From assembly GCA_002269645.1 (NCBI GenBank), contig NIVC01001512.1, forward strand, positions 1 through 64,000: a stretch of DNA of 64,000 nucleotides, in the 5' to 3' direction. Position 1 is the first letter of the stretch. Each line of letters begins with the position of its first letter. Below the pieces are notes generated by a model that had not been told where the DNA came from, did not search any database, and saw only the letters and a list, made by a program, of their open reading frames with translations. Both the position numbers and the translations under genes were made by a program. Shown one piece after another: positions 1-12,508 of the stretch. Source of the stretch: Macrostomum lignano. Taxonomy: Eukaryota.

Positions 1-560
1 CTGTTGGACGGATGCTAGCGGTGGGAGGGGAAAGACAGAGAGAGGTTGGGGAAGAGTAAGCTATGGCCTGAACTGGGAAGAGGGAGGTACGAAGCTGCGT
101 GGATGTCAGACTGAGCTGTATAAAACTTCTCTGCTCACAAGGGAGAAAATATTGTCGGAAGTGTTTGAGCAAGCTGAGTTGGCGGACCTTCCAACGGGTT
201 ATGCTATGCTGTGCTGGGCTGGAGAAATGGTTGGAACGAGCAGTATTGAGGTATGGGGCTTTATTGACCTGTGAAGTAGTTCTGAGAATTTTTGCTTTCT
301 AAGCCACATGTAACTGCTGTTGCTAACTGCATCCAGGTTGCTCTGAGGCTAAAACTCGCTTTGAAATATTGTTTCCATAACTGTTAATGCATGTATTGTT
401 AAAAACGTTTTTGCAAAATATTGCAACAGTTTTAAATATGAGCTATACTCGTATTTTCTCTGACTGTGAACGATCTTTGAATGAATTTTAATGAATTTAA
501 ATCAACTCATTGTAAAATAAATTTGCTTTGTAGTCCGGAAATATAGTTAAAATCTTACCG

Positions 561-923
561 ACTTCAAGAATCTGTCAGTGCAACTCTCTCGCACTTCAGT
601 AATCTGTCAGTGCAACTCTGCCCCACTTCAGTAATCTGTCAGTGCAACCCTGCCCAATTCAGTAATCTGTCAGTGCAACCCTGCCCCAATTCAGTAATCT
701 GCCAGTGCAACTCTGCCCCACTTCAGTAATCTGCCAGTGCAACTCTGCCCCACTTCAGTAATCTGCCAGTGCAACTCTGCCCCACTTCAGTAATCTGCCA
801 GTGCAACTCTGCCCACTTCAGTAATCTGCCAGTGCAATCCTGCCCCACTTCAGTAATCTGCCAGTGCAATCCTGCCCCACTTCAGTAATCTGCCAGTGAA
901 ACTCTGCTTACTTCAGTAATCTG
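561..923. repeat. Tandem minisatellite, ~31-bp unit (acttcagtaatctgccagtgcaactctgccc), ~12 copies
   Basis: Directly visible tandem copies with few substitutions. Confidence 0.93.
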
Positions 924-1204
924 CTCTATAATCTAGTTTGGAAATATATGCCAGTTGCCAGTATAAATTATCAATATGTAAAAAATATTAACAGTAGGTC
1001 AAAAAGTACGATTAAACTACAAAACTATTGTAGTCAAGAAAGCAAGAAAGCAAGAAAGCAAGCGTGACAAAATTAATAAATATATGTATATAATAATAAA
1101 ACTGAAATTAAAATGAAACATTTTCGAGCGAAAAAAACGAGACATCTACATGTACATTATATGCCCTTCTTAATCTAATTTTAACGTCTGTCCTGTACAC
1201 AGCT

Positions 1205-1630
1205 ACTAGATTAACCTATAGCTGGGCCACTCAGCACATTTACATGCAAGCTACTTTCAGTTCAGTAGTAAGTTAAACAGAAGCATTTTAATGAATTTTA
1301 AAGACAAGGCCTTTTTATTGCTCTTACCCCCCCCCCCAAGCTTAAACTCTCAAACTCCACACGGAACCTCTACCCTGGACCGCCACCCAATTTTTATTAC
1401 CTTCCTCGGTTGTTTCAGCCATTAATAGTGTCAGTGCCAATGTACATTATGGCTGAACCAATTAGAAAGCTGTTTACGCCTGCAGACGGCTTCTAAGCTT
1501 ATCAAAGTCAGTTATTTCAGCTGCCTTTATTATAAAATAGCTTATGTATTCTTCATTGCTACTGAATTGAAAGTCGAAAGCTGTTTTGCTAAGTATATAT
1601 GCCTGAGTGGCCCATCTATTATTCTAGTAA
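1205..1630. mobile_element. Degenerate MITE-like inverted-repeat element
   Basis: ctagattaacctatagctgggccactcag (~1205) is inverted relative to ctgagtggcccatctattattctag (~1603-1627). An inner pair gctactttcagttcagtag / ctactgaattgaaagtcg is also present. No TSD identified. Confidence 0.45.
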
Positions 1631-1657
1631 TCTGTGGTTCTGAACCAGTTTCCCCTC

Positions 1658-4600
1658 TTAGAAAAGACTCAAATATATTAGTATTATTTTTATCATACGC
1701 TCGTATGTAAAACAAAAGCAACCGCTGTTTAAGAAAAGAAAAGCTAATTCTATTAAAATTCTAGCAAGAAAAAAGTTTTTCATCATAACTTCGAGCCTAC
1801 AAGTCGATGAACGAGTCTTTCGTGTCTTCGGGTGGTACGGGTACGGCCGGAAGGAGCGAATCAGGACTGGCGCATTGCAGTCATCCGAGGCGCACTCTTG
1901 GCATTTGAAGCCGCTCTGCTTTCGGCGACCGGACTGACATTTGCCGCAGCCGCCGTTGTATTCCTGCCATTTTGCAGGGGAGGGGGATGGAGGGGAGACT
2001 GGTGAGGGAATGGCAGTTAGGGGAGTGAGATAGAGGGATAAGTGAGAGTGGCAATCAGTGTGAGATGTAGTAAGCCAGAGTAAAGATGGAGGGAGAAAGT
2101 GACATGACGAAGATGAGACGGAGGAAGATGGTGAGATAGAGGGAGAGGGAGTGAGATAGAAGGAGAGAGTGAGATAGAGAGATAAGTGAGAGTAAGAGAA
2201 TGAGTGTCAGATAGAGTGAGCCACAGTTAAGATAGAATGAGAGAGTGAGGTGGAAGGAGAGAGAGTGAGATAGAGGAGAGAGTGAGATAGAGAGATAAGT
2301 GAGAGTGAGAGAATGAGTGTCAGATAGAGTGAGCCACAGTTAAGATAGAAGAGAGAGTCAGATGGAAGGAGAGAGAGTGAGATGGAAGGGAGAGATTGAG
2401 ATGGACGGAGAGAGTGAGATAGAGAGAGAGTGAGATGGAGGGGGGATGATATGGAGGGAGAGAGTGAGATGGAGAGAGAGGGTGAGATGGAGGGAGATAG
2501 AGACATGGAAGGGAGAGAGAGTGAGATAGAGGGAGAGGGTGAGATGGAGGGAGAGAGTGAGATAGAGAGAGAGGGTGAGATGGAGGGGGATGATATGGAG
2601 GGAGAGAGTGAGATGGAGAGAGAGGGTGAGATGGAGGGAGATGGTGAGATGGAGGGAGATGGTGAGATGGAGGGAGAGGGTGAGATGGAGGGAGAGGGTG
2701 AGATGGAGGGAGAGGGTGAGATGGAGGGAGAGAGTGAGATAGAGAGAGAGGGTGAGATGGAGGGAGATGGTGAGATGGAGGGAGATGGTGAGATGGAGGG
2801 AGAGGGTGAGATGGAGGGAGATGGTGAGATGGAGGGAGATGGTGAGATGGAGGGAGATGGTGAGATAGAGGGAGATGGTGAGATGGAGGGAGAGGGTGAG
2901 ATGGAAGAAGAGGGTGAGATGAAGGGAGAGGGTGCGATGGAAAGGAGAGAGAGTGAGATAGAGAGAGAGAGAGATGGACGGAGATAGAGACATGGAAGGG
3001 AGAGAGAGTGAGACATGGAGGGAGAGGGTGAGATAGAGGGAGATGGTGAGATGGAGGGAGAGGGTGAGATGGAGGGAGATGGTGAGATGGAGGGAGAGGG
3101 TGAGATGGAGGGAGAGGGTGAGATGGAGGGAGAGGGTGAGATGGAGGGAGATGGTGAGATGGAGGGAGATGGTGAGATGGAGGGAGATGGTGAGATGGAG
3201 GGAGATGGTGAGATGGATGGAGAGGGTGAGATGGAGAGAGAGGGTGAGATGGAGGGAGATAGAGACATGGAAGGGAGAGAGAGTGAGATAGAGAGAGAGG
3301 GTGAGATGGAGGGAGATGGTGAGATGGAGGGAGAGGGTGAGATGGAAGGAGAGGGTGAGATGGAGGGAGAGGGTGAGATGGAAAGGAGAGAGAGTGAGAT
3401 AGAGAGAGAGAGTGAGATGGACGGATATAGAGACATGGAAGGGAGAGAGAGTGAGACATAGAGGGAGAGGGTGAGATGGAGGGAGATGGTGAGATGGAGG
3501 AGAGGGTGAGATGGAGGGAGAGGGTGAGATGGAGGGAGATGGTGAGATGGAGGGAGAGGGTGAGATGGAGGGAGATGGTGAGATGGAGGGAGATGGTGAG
3601 ATGGAGGGAGATGGTGAGATGGAGGGAGAGGGTGAGATGGAAGGAGAGGGTGAGATGGAGGGAGAGGGTGAGATGGAAAGGAGAGAGAGTGAGATAGAGA
3701 GAGAGAGTGAGATGGACGGAGATAGAGACATGGAAGGGAGAGAGAGTGAGACATGGAGGGAGATGGTGAGATGGAGGGAGAGGGTGAGATGGAGGGAGAT
3801 GGTGAGATGGAGGGAGATGGTGAGATGGAGGGAGAGGGTGAGATGGAAGGAGAGGGTGAGATGGAGGGAGAGGGTGAGATGGAAAGGAGAGAGAGTGAGA
3901 TAGAGAGAGAGAGTGAGATGGACGGAGATAGAGACATGGAAGGGAGAGAGAGTGAGACATGGAGGGAGAAGGTGAGATGGAGGGAGATGGTGAGATGGAG
4001 GGAGATGGTGAGATGGAGCGAGATGGTGAGATGGAGGGAGATGGTGAGATGGAGGGAGATGGTGAGATGGAGGGAGAGGGTGAGATGGAAGGAGAGGGTG
4101 AGATGGAGGGAGAGGGTGAGATGGAAAGGAGAGAGAGTGAGATAGAGAGAGAGAGTGAGATGGACGGAGATAGAGACATGGAAGGGAGAGAGAGTGAGAC
4201 ATGGAGGGAGAGGGTGAGATGGAGGGAGAGGGTGAGATGGAGGGAGATGGTGAGATGGAGGGAGATGGTGAGATGGAGGGAGAGGGTGAGATGGAGGGAG
4301 AGGGTGAGATGGAGGGAGATGGTGAGATGGAGGGAGATGGTGAGATGGAGGGAGATGGTGAGATGGAGGGAGATGGTGAGATGGAGGGAGATGGTGAGAT
4401 GGAGGGAGATGGTGAGATGGAGGGAGAGGGTGAGATGGAGGGAGAGGGTGAGATGGAGGGAGATGGTGAGATGGAGGGAGAGGGTGAGATGGAAAGGAGA
4501 GAGAGTGAGATAGAGAGAGAGAGTGAGATGGACGGAGATAGAGACATGGAAGGGAGAGAGAGTGAGACATGGAGGGAGAGGGTGAGATGGAGGGAGATGG

Positions 4601-6584
4601 TGAGATGGAGGGAGAGGGTGAGATGGAGGGAGAGGGTGAGATGGAGGGAGATGGTGAGATGGAGGGAGAGGGTGAGATGGAGGGAGAGGGTGAGATGGAG
4701 GGAGAGGGTGAGATGGAAAGGAGAGAGAGTGAGATAGAGAGAGAGAGTGAGATGGACGGAGATAGAGACATGGAAGGGAGAGAGAGTGAGACATAGAGGG
4801 AGAGGGTGAGATGGAGGGAGATGGTGAGATGGAGGGAGATGGTGAGATGGAGGGAGATGGTGAGATGGAGGGAGATGGTGAGATGGAGGGAGAGGGTGAG
4901 ATGGAGGGAGATGGTGAGATGGAGGGAGAGGGTGAGATGGAGGGAGATGGTGAGATAGAGGGAGATGGTGAGATGGAGGGAGAGGGTGAGATGGAAGGAG
5001 AGGGTGAGATGGAAAGGAGAGAGAGTGAGATAGAGAGAGAGAGAGTGAGATGGACGGAGATAGAGACATGGAAGGGAGAGAGAGTGAGACATGGAGGGAG
5101 AGGGTGAGATGGAGGGAGAGGGTGAGATGGAGGGAGAGGGTGAGATGGAGGGAGATGGTGAGATGGAGGGAGAGGGTGAGATGGAAGGAGAGGGTGAGAT
5201 GGAGGGAGAGGGTGAGATGGAAAGGAGAGAGAGTGAGATAGAGAGAGAGAGAGTGAGATGGACGGAGATAGAGACATGGAAGGGAGAGAGAGTGAGATGG
5301 AGGGAGAGGGTGAGATGGAGGGAGAGGGTGAGATGGAGGGAGAGGGTGAGATGGAGGGAGAGGGTGAGATGGAGGGAGATGGTGAGATGGAGGGAGATGG
5401 TGAGATGGAGGGAGAGGGTGAGATTGAGAAAAGGGAGTGAGAGACAAGAAGACGAGAGAGTCGCAGCGTGAGAGCATTGAAAAAGCCCTGCTTGGGTGAA
5501 GAGATAAGGAGAGTATAACGATGCAATAGATGCAGTTAGGAATTAAAAGTGAGTTTGAGTTTCTCAAAAAATCAAGGCGGGATGACTTGACAGCACATGC
5601 ATTAGAGTTTAAGAGCTTAAGCAAGTCTAATTCAGACTTGGAGATGACAGTGAGCAAAACTCACCATGTACACCAGCGGAATCACATCGTAGTTCTCGAT
5701 GCCTTTGTACCGATCGGCCATGTTGAAGTAGGAATTCTCGTCATCTCTGCCAATAGTCTTGGCGACCACCAAGAAGCACTTGTTCACACTTCCGTGACAT
5801 TCCCGAGATCGAATCTTGCCGTGCTTCAGGACGCCTTTCAGATAGAAGGTGAGGCACTTCATCGAGCTCCCCCCGGCTGCGAGGAATCAGTGCAGTGAAG
5901 AGTGGCTTCAGTAGGGACCGTTGAAATATTACACACCCTGTCTGACTCTCCCTGACACCCTGTCTGACTCTCCCTCACACCCTGTCTGACTCTCCCTGAC
6001 ACCCTGCCAGACTCTCCCTGACACCCTGCCAGACTCTCCCTGACACCCTGTCTGACTCTCCCTGACACCCTGCCAGACTCTCCCTGACACCCTGCCTGAC
6101 TCTCCCTGACACCCTGCCTGACTCTCTCTGACACCCTGCCTGACTCTCCCTGAGACCCTGTCTGACTCTCCCTGACACCCTGCCTGACTCTCCCTGACAC
6201 CCTGCCAGACTCTCCCTGACACCCTGCCAGACTCTCCCTGACACCCTGCCAGACTCTCCCTGACACCCTGCCTGAGTCTCCCTGAGACCCTGCCTGACTC
6301 TCATTGACTGACACCCTGTCTGACGGTCATTGTCTGACACCCTGCCTGAGTCTCCCTGAGACCCTGCCTGACTCTCATTGACTGACACCCTGTCTGACGG
6401 TCATTGTCTGACACCCTGTCTGACTTTCATTGACAAATTGCTGTCGATCTTTCATGGACAGACGCTTTGTTTTGCCTGCCTCTGAAGTTTTTCAAACTCG
6501 ATCATCTGTTACACGCTTATCGTAATTCTTACCGAATATGCTGCAGAATATTACGAGAGCCAGAGACCACTTGACAGTCAACAT
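1658..6584 (-). CDS. Secreted cysteine-rich Ly6/uPAR (three-finger)-like protein; exons 6584-6533, 5876-5665, 1963-1658 (3' end uncertain)
   Basis: Canonical GT-AG joins with matching phases (1, then 0). Product: [22 protein letters not shown] (signal peptide), MKCLTFY...[13 protein letters not shown]...[10 protein letters not shown]...[12 protein letters not shown]. Eight Cys ending in the C-x4-CN motif typical of LU/three-finger domains. Confidence 0.75.
2130..5435. repeat. GA-rich higher-order minisatellite (18-bp unit ggtgagatggagggaga[g/t] in blocks separated by an ~80-bp spacer unit), in intron 2 of the Ly6-like gene
   Basis: Visible repeat; it generates the low-complexity SPSPSI/MEGEGE ORFs. 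Confidence 0.95.
5935..6425. repeat. 22-bp tandem minisatellite (tctgactctccctgacaccctg) in intron 1 of the Ly6-like gene
   Basis: About 20 visible tandem copies. Confidence 0.93.
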
Positions 6585-6834
6585 GTTGTCTGACTCTTTA
6601 ATCTTTAGTATATTTAAGTTGTAGTGAAGCTATATTAATTAATGCTAGTGTTTTAAATTTGGAGATAAGCTTCCCATAGTATATTAAAAACTACTGCAGC
6701 CTCTTCGGCAAATCGAATGCACTTTGTCTATGTACAAAGTTAAGAGTTTCTAAACTAATGTTTGACCAAAATAACTTTAAAATAAACTTTTCAGTTATTT
6801 AATTATCATTATCATTGTCATTTCATTGAGAGCC

Positions 6835-6965
6835 GTTTGAATGCGCCATTTGAGGTGGGTGGGTGCCATCTCATTTGAGGTGTGTGCCATTTGAGGTGCG
6901 CCATTTAAGATGGATGCCATTTGAGGTGGGTGCCATTTGAGGTGGGTGCCATTTAAAGTAGGTGC
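6835..6965. repeat. Short repeat cluster (gccatttgaggtg) x ~7, with a further copy at ~7160
   Basis: Visible motif repeats; possibly the subterminal repeats of a decayed DNA transposon. Confidence 0.6.
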
Positions 6966-7664
6966 TATATGCTCCCTTATTATTGCAAACTCGTAAGCAG
7001 TCCGAAAACAACACTGGTAATTAAAAGGGCGTTTATTATTCGTAAATTTTATCTTTTTGGTAATTTTTTATTTAGCTAAAGGGGGTTAGAGGGGGTTGTG
7101 GCCTAGTGGTTACTAGCCAAAAATAAATGCGGCTGCGAACGAAATCAAACCCTGGCACATGCCCATTTGAGGTGGTTAAAACAAAAAGTGCAAAATTTGA
7201 AACTTTATCAAAATCGAGGATATATTTATGCCAATATGTACATGTACATATTTAACCCTTTCTTCTCCACAATAGAGTTGTTAGAGTCAGGCTTAAAAAC
7301 AAAAAACTATTTAGAAATCATAACAGAATAAAACTATTAACAAAATAATTAAAGCACTCTTCAAGAAGTTCATACAGCAAATATACATGTAGCTTTAAAT
7401 CAAATAGATTAATAAAGTGCATATAGCTCGATCGTACCAGTCTTCTATACACAGAACTTGAAATACGCTTGTTGAAAGTTGAGCAGATCAAAATTGTGAA
7501 TTGGGTATCCATGGCTGATTAAACATTCATACATAAAATAAGCATTACACTTCTAATGTTCTACTAACAGTGTTGTCCGAGTAAGTAGTCTACATGGACA
7601 ACTAAAAACTAGTAAGACACTACACTCGCAAGATCGTGAAAATTTCACCGTTTGCATCATTGAA

Positions 7665-8300
7665 TCCTAAGGTCCAAGATTGTATCATTTAATAGTAAGG
7701 TCTAAGATTTTATCATTGAATAATAACGTCCACGATTGTATCATTGAGTAGTAACGTCCACGAGTATGATTGAATAGTAAGGTCCACGATTGTATGATTG
7801 AAGGTCCACGATTGTATCATTGAAGGTCCACGATTGTATCATTGAAGGTCCACGATTGTATCATTGAAGGTCCACGATTGTATCATTGAAGGTCCACGAT
7901 TGTATCATTGAAGGTCCACGATTGTATCATTGAAGGTCCACGATTGTATCATTGAAGGTCCACGATTGTATCATTGAAGGTCCACGATTGTATCACTGAA
8001 GGTCCACGATTGTATCATTGAAGGTCCACGCTTGTATCACTGAAGGTCCACGATTGTATCATTGAAGGTCCACGATTGTATCACTGAAGGTCCACGATTG
8101 TATCATTGAAGGTCCACGATTGTATCACTGAAGGTCCACGATTGTATCATTGAAGGTCCACGATTGTATCACTGAAGGTCCACGATTGTATCATTGAAGG
8201 TCCACGATTGTATCACTGAAGGTCCACGATTGTATCATTGAAGGTCCACGATTGTATCATTGAAGGTCCACGCTTGTACCTCGTATCATTGAATAGTAAG
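7665..8300. repeat. 22-bp tandem minisatellite (gaaggtccacgattgtatcatt) with degenerate ~27-bp flanking units
   Basis: About 21 near-identical copies at 7800-8275; flanking units carry an extra tagta-like insert. Confidence 0.95.
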
Positions 8301-8443
8301 GCCCATGGTTTATAAGTGTAGTGCCCTTCTACTTTAGTTGTCCATGCAATGCCACCTGTTTTAATACTTTCTGTAAGCACTGCTACAGTGGTTTATAGAT
8401 TAAATTGCAGAGGAATAAGTAAAATTTCAGCCATAGGCGGCTG

Positions 8444-11400
8444 TCACAGCTCTGTCATGCTGGTGTCGGTGGTTGTCATTCGTTGACGCCAGTGCTTCTC
8501 GCCCGTCTTCGCTAGCGACGAGCCCTTCTTGGTCTGCGACGCGGTCTCAGGGTCGGTGCCGTCGTCGTCGTTGTCTTTGTTTTTGTCCGCTGGTCCAGCC
8601 TCGACGCTCCCGTTGGCTTCGCACTGGCAGATTTGGCAGCGGCTGCCCTGAGCGTCGTTGCCCTTCTCAGTGTTTTTCTCATCGCCTGTCAGCATGAAGC
8701 TGCCTTTAAATAGCAGCGCGTAGCAGATGCCGCTGAGGCCGCCGCCACAGGACGGCCCGGCGATGTAAACCTGAAACAATCCGTTTTTATTAAGCAAAAA
8801 TGAATTTGTCAAAAGGGAGTTCGAATGCGTCAGGCATGAAATAAACCAACGATAGTGCTATATGGTTAGAAAAGCTTTCAAGGACGACTTAAGTAGAAAG
8901 ACGGGAAACCTCGTTTCTTAGAAAAGTTTTGAAGGCACTTTTTCCCGAAAAAAATACACTACGGAGATAGGAAGTTTTCATTTTTTCAGCACAAAAATTG
9001 TTATTGCGTTTGATAGGAGGCAGATCCAGTGTTCATCTTTTGATATGTTGTGCCTTTTTTATTGCTCTATCGATATTTATAAACCTTTTCGTTCAGAAAA
9101 TTAGGATTCTATGTTAATTTTTTATTCTACGTATATTTCCTGTATCTAAAAAATCACAAAAATGCATGACACAGCTCCAATATTTGGTTTTATGAATCTA
9201 TTTTATCATCTCTGTTACAAATATTTGCTACACAGTCGGGTAAGAATGATAAAAAAGACTCATGAAGCTAAAGAGCCGAGCCGTGGCATTCTAATGTATT
9301 TCAAGCACAAGACACGCGAAAATATACGTAGGATAAAAAATTAACATAGAATCCTAATTTTCTGAACGAAAAGCTTTATAAATATCGATAGAGCAATAAA
9401 AAAGGCACAACATATCAAAAGATGAACACAGGATCTGCCTCCTATCAAACGCAATAACAATTTTTGTGCTGAAAAAATGAAAATTTCCTATCTCCGTAGT
9501 GTATTTTTTCGGGAAAAAGTGCCTTCAAAACTTTTCTAAGAAACGAGGTTTCCCGTCCTTCTACTTAAGTCGTCCTTGAAAGCTACATGTTACTGGGGTA
9601 TCGTAGAAAAAATGACTTCGAATTCGACGGAGTGACATAAGTCAGTTTAGTTTTACTACGTCTATGGAGAAATCCGATTCTGCAAGCAACAGAAATATCG
9701 CCACAGTGAGTGAATTTCGTGAACAGACGCTCAGAATTTGACTGGTGAGATAGGTCAAGCAGTGCATATGGCAAAAAGTAAAAAGGTGACTTCAGATTCG
9801 ACAAAATAAGTGAAGTGTCCCTACAGTCGGCTTGTATTTATGTCTCTTATGTCTCCCTCTCTTCCCTCTTTTCTGCCACTCTTGTTGCAATCCTTAGACA
9901 TGCCTTACATAAGTTTTCAATATCGAATGCATACGGACATATACACGGATATATTAGACTAATTGACATGCTATACTTTGCGTCATAATGCCACAAACTT
10001 TATCATTTCGACTAGCGTTGATTTACTTGGGTAGCAATGTTCTTCAGTTGCGAGTTGATCTTTAAGATCCTGTACGAATAATTAAAACAGACACTTAGCT
10101 GGGAAAATGGGAAAATCTCTTTATACAAAATACACAGGGGTGATAGCATTTTCCGTGGCTATAGTATTTCTCTAAAATCAAAGCCAGGACCATTGTATAT
10201 AGCCACAGTATATACAGTGGTCCTTGAATCAAAGTCGATCATGTTGAAAAAACAGCTCAGACAAAACGTATAATAGCTTCAGACGACACGATACTCTAAA
10301 TGAATTAATAACAAATTGCCTGTTTTGCTATAAAATCTGGGTCTCACGTCACGACCCCACATTGGGGCGCTTTCATTAGGCCGAAATTTCACTTCGCCGA
10401 AAAGCACTCTCACTTGACCGAAACTTCACATTGCCGAAAAATCATTTTAGCAGCATCATTTCTATGGTCGAAAGGGGATGTGAACTTTGCCACTCTGCTA
10501 CCAAAGTGGAAGCACGATATGGTCACTCAGTTTTTTGTATGGAATATTTTCGACATTTCTGACTTCATTTGAGAGTGAACTCTGATTGCTTATTATTTTC
10601 ATTGCATTTTCTGTCTGAGTCGGATGGACTTTTAAGTTATAGAGTGTTTGTATGTTTTTTATGGCTCCTTTGAAAGCATGCAGATTTGCCTGGATTCCGA
10701 TTCGTAGAGTATGCATGGCTCTAAGATTCACTTTAATGTTACCATGTTAGTTTCGGCCTAGTGAAGTTTCGGCCTTATGAAAGAGCGTGCTAGTCATTTC
10801 GGAAAAGTGAAGTTTCGGCCAAGTGAAAGAGGCTGCTAAAATGATTTTTCAGCAATGTGAAGTTTCGGCAATGTGAAGTTTCGGCCTAGTGAATTTTCGG
10901 CCTTGTGAAAGCCCCCCCCCGCTGTCCCCCCACATTAATTTGGGAAAATTGAAGTTGTCGTCGCCAACCTCTCTGAGGGCCAACCCCCAAAAGGCACAGA
11001 GAATGTACATGCCTGACGATTAGAAATTCAAGGTCGCGGTACACCCTGTGTGAGCGTGTGCATGAGTGCGGGCCTGTGTACAGAATTAGCGCTATTGAAT
11101 TCGCTTAGGAGTCAACGGAACGGGCAGGATTGCCTCACCGCTGGGTGTGGGACGATGTCGCTGAAGGCGTTGTGCCAGGGTGCCCGCAACAACCCTCGGG
11201 CAAACTTTTGTTGAAATTTTAACATACTCCACACGCTGCAGTAGTTCTTGAATGAACAGCCATGCACGTACCCAAAGCTGATCGTACCGACCGCTGGCAA
11301 CGGCTGGCCCCAGCGTCCTGATTGGGTTCATGCTTGAGCCTGACAACACTGCCTGTAGTGGAAAGTGATTAATAAATAAACGATCGTAGAATATTTTCGT

Positions 11401-12473
11401 TGTACAGTTGTACTGGCTGTTTAGCTGGGAACATTACGAGTGTACTCAACGTAAAGGTCAACGCAAAGTATAGCTTTTCTGATATTATCATGAAAGAGAA
11501 CTTGATGAGTGTGGTCCTAGATGAACCACCATTCACGTGGGTTGTTAAATGGCGCATGGCCCATCTGTCTTGACCCTATGGTGCGCTGCACAAGAAACAC
11601 AAGATGCCGGTTTTGAAACTTAATGAACGAGTAAACAATAAACAGGATTCAGTCCTGGTCTAGCATATTCTCCACGATCCTTGTCCTGGAGCTGAACTTG
11701 CGCGCTCATGGCAGTGACAAATGTGAGCGTTGCTTCCATCCTTTCTTCCTGCGTCACTCATGGCTAGAAAAAACTTTCGAATAAACTATTCTGCGACTCC
11801 CTACAACCCGACAAATTCCTCAATCAATCAATTTTTGACGGTAGTTTGCTCTCGTCAATAATTTTTAGGGTTTACCAGACTAGAGAGCCGTAGTGAACCA
11901 AATGGATGCGGCGACAGACTTCGCGACCACAAAGAAATGAAATTACAGCTTTGACCCTTCTGCGTATTTTTGTTTGGACTAAATTCAATACATGAAAAAG
12001 GCAGAAAGAAGCTATTGGTAAAGTAGTAAGTACCCTTTGATCCATAATGTCCATGAAATGCTACAGAACGATGCTCAGTGAAGCTATTTGCCATCGAGAC
12101 CAATGCGCTCACCCCGGCGAAGATGCAGCAGCTGACTTGCAGTCCGGCAGCCAGCGACATGGAGCCTGTCTGGTCAAATCGCAGACGGTCTGTGCATGCT
12201 ATCACCGGTAGAACCATCGCGAAGGTGAGCACCAGCTCCATGCCGAACGCTTGCGCCGGGTGCGTCAGCGTGGGATTGAACGAATTAATTCCGAATGAGG
12301 TAACGTTGTGCAGCTGGAACGGAGTCAGCAACTTCAGCAGCAGTGCGCCGGCAACGCCACCAGTGCACTGCATGGGTATGTACAGCAGAGTGCGGATCAG
12401 CGACACATTGCCTGCGGGGCGAAAATCGCGTGACAGGTCTATCTGTCTATCTATCTATCTATCTATCTATCTG

Positions 12474-12508
<35 letters not shown>

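Noticed and set aside
99-302. 67-aa ORF or possible LINE fragment at the window start
   Set aside because: No recognisable motif in any frame I could read.
2930-5300. Constant module plus variable blocks resembling a CRISPR array
   Set aside because: The spacers are themselves repeats of one 18-mer, there are no cas genes, and the context is eukaryotic.
2207-5657. Three ~1000-aa ORFs (SPSPSI/HLTLSL/PPSH) and many MEGEGE ORFs
   Set aside because: These are stop-free readings of an 18-bp GA/CT minisatellite in all frames, lying inside an intron bounded by canonical splice sites.
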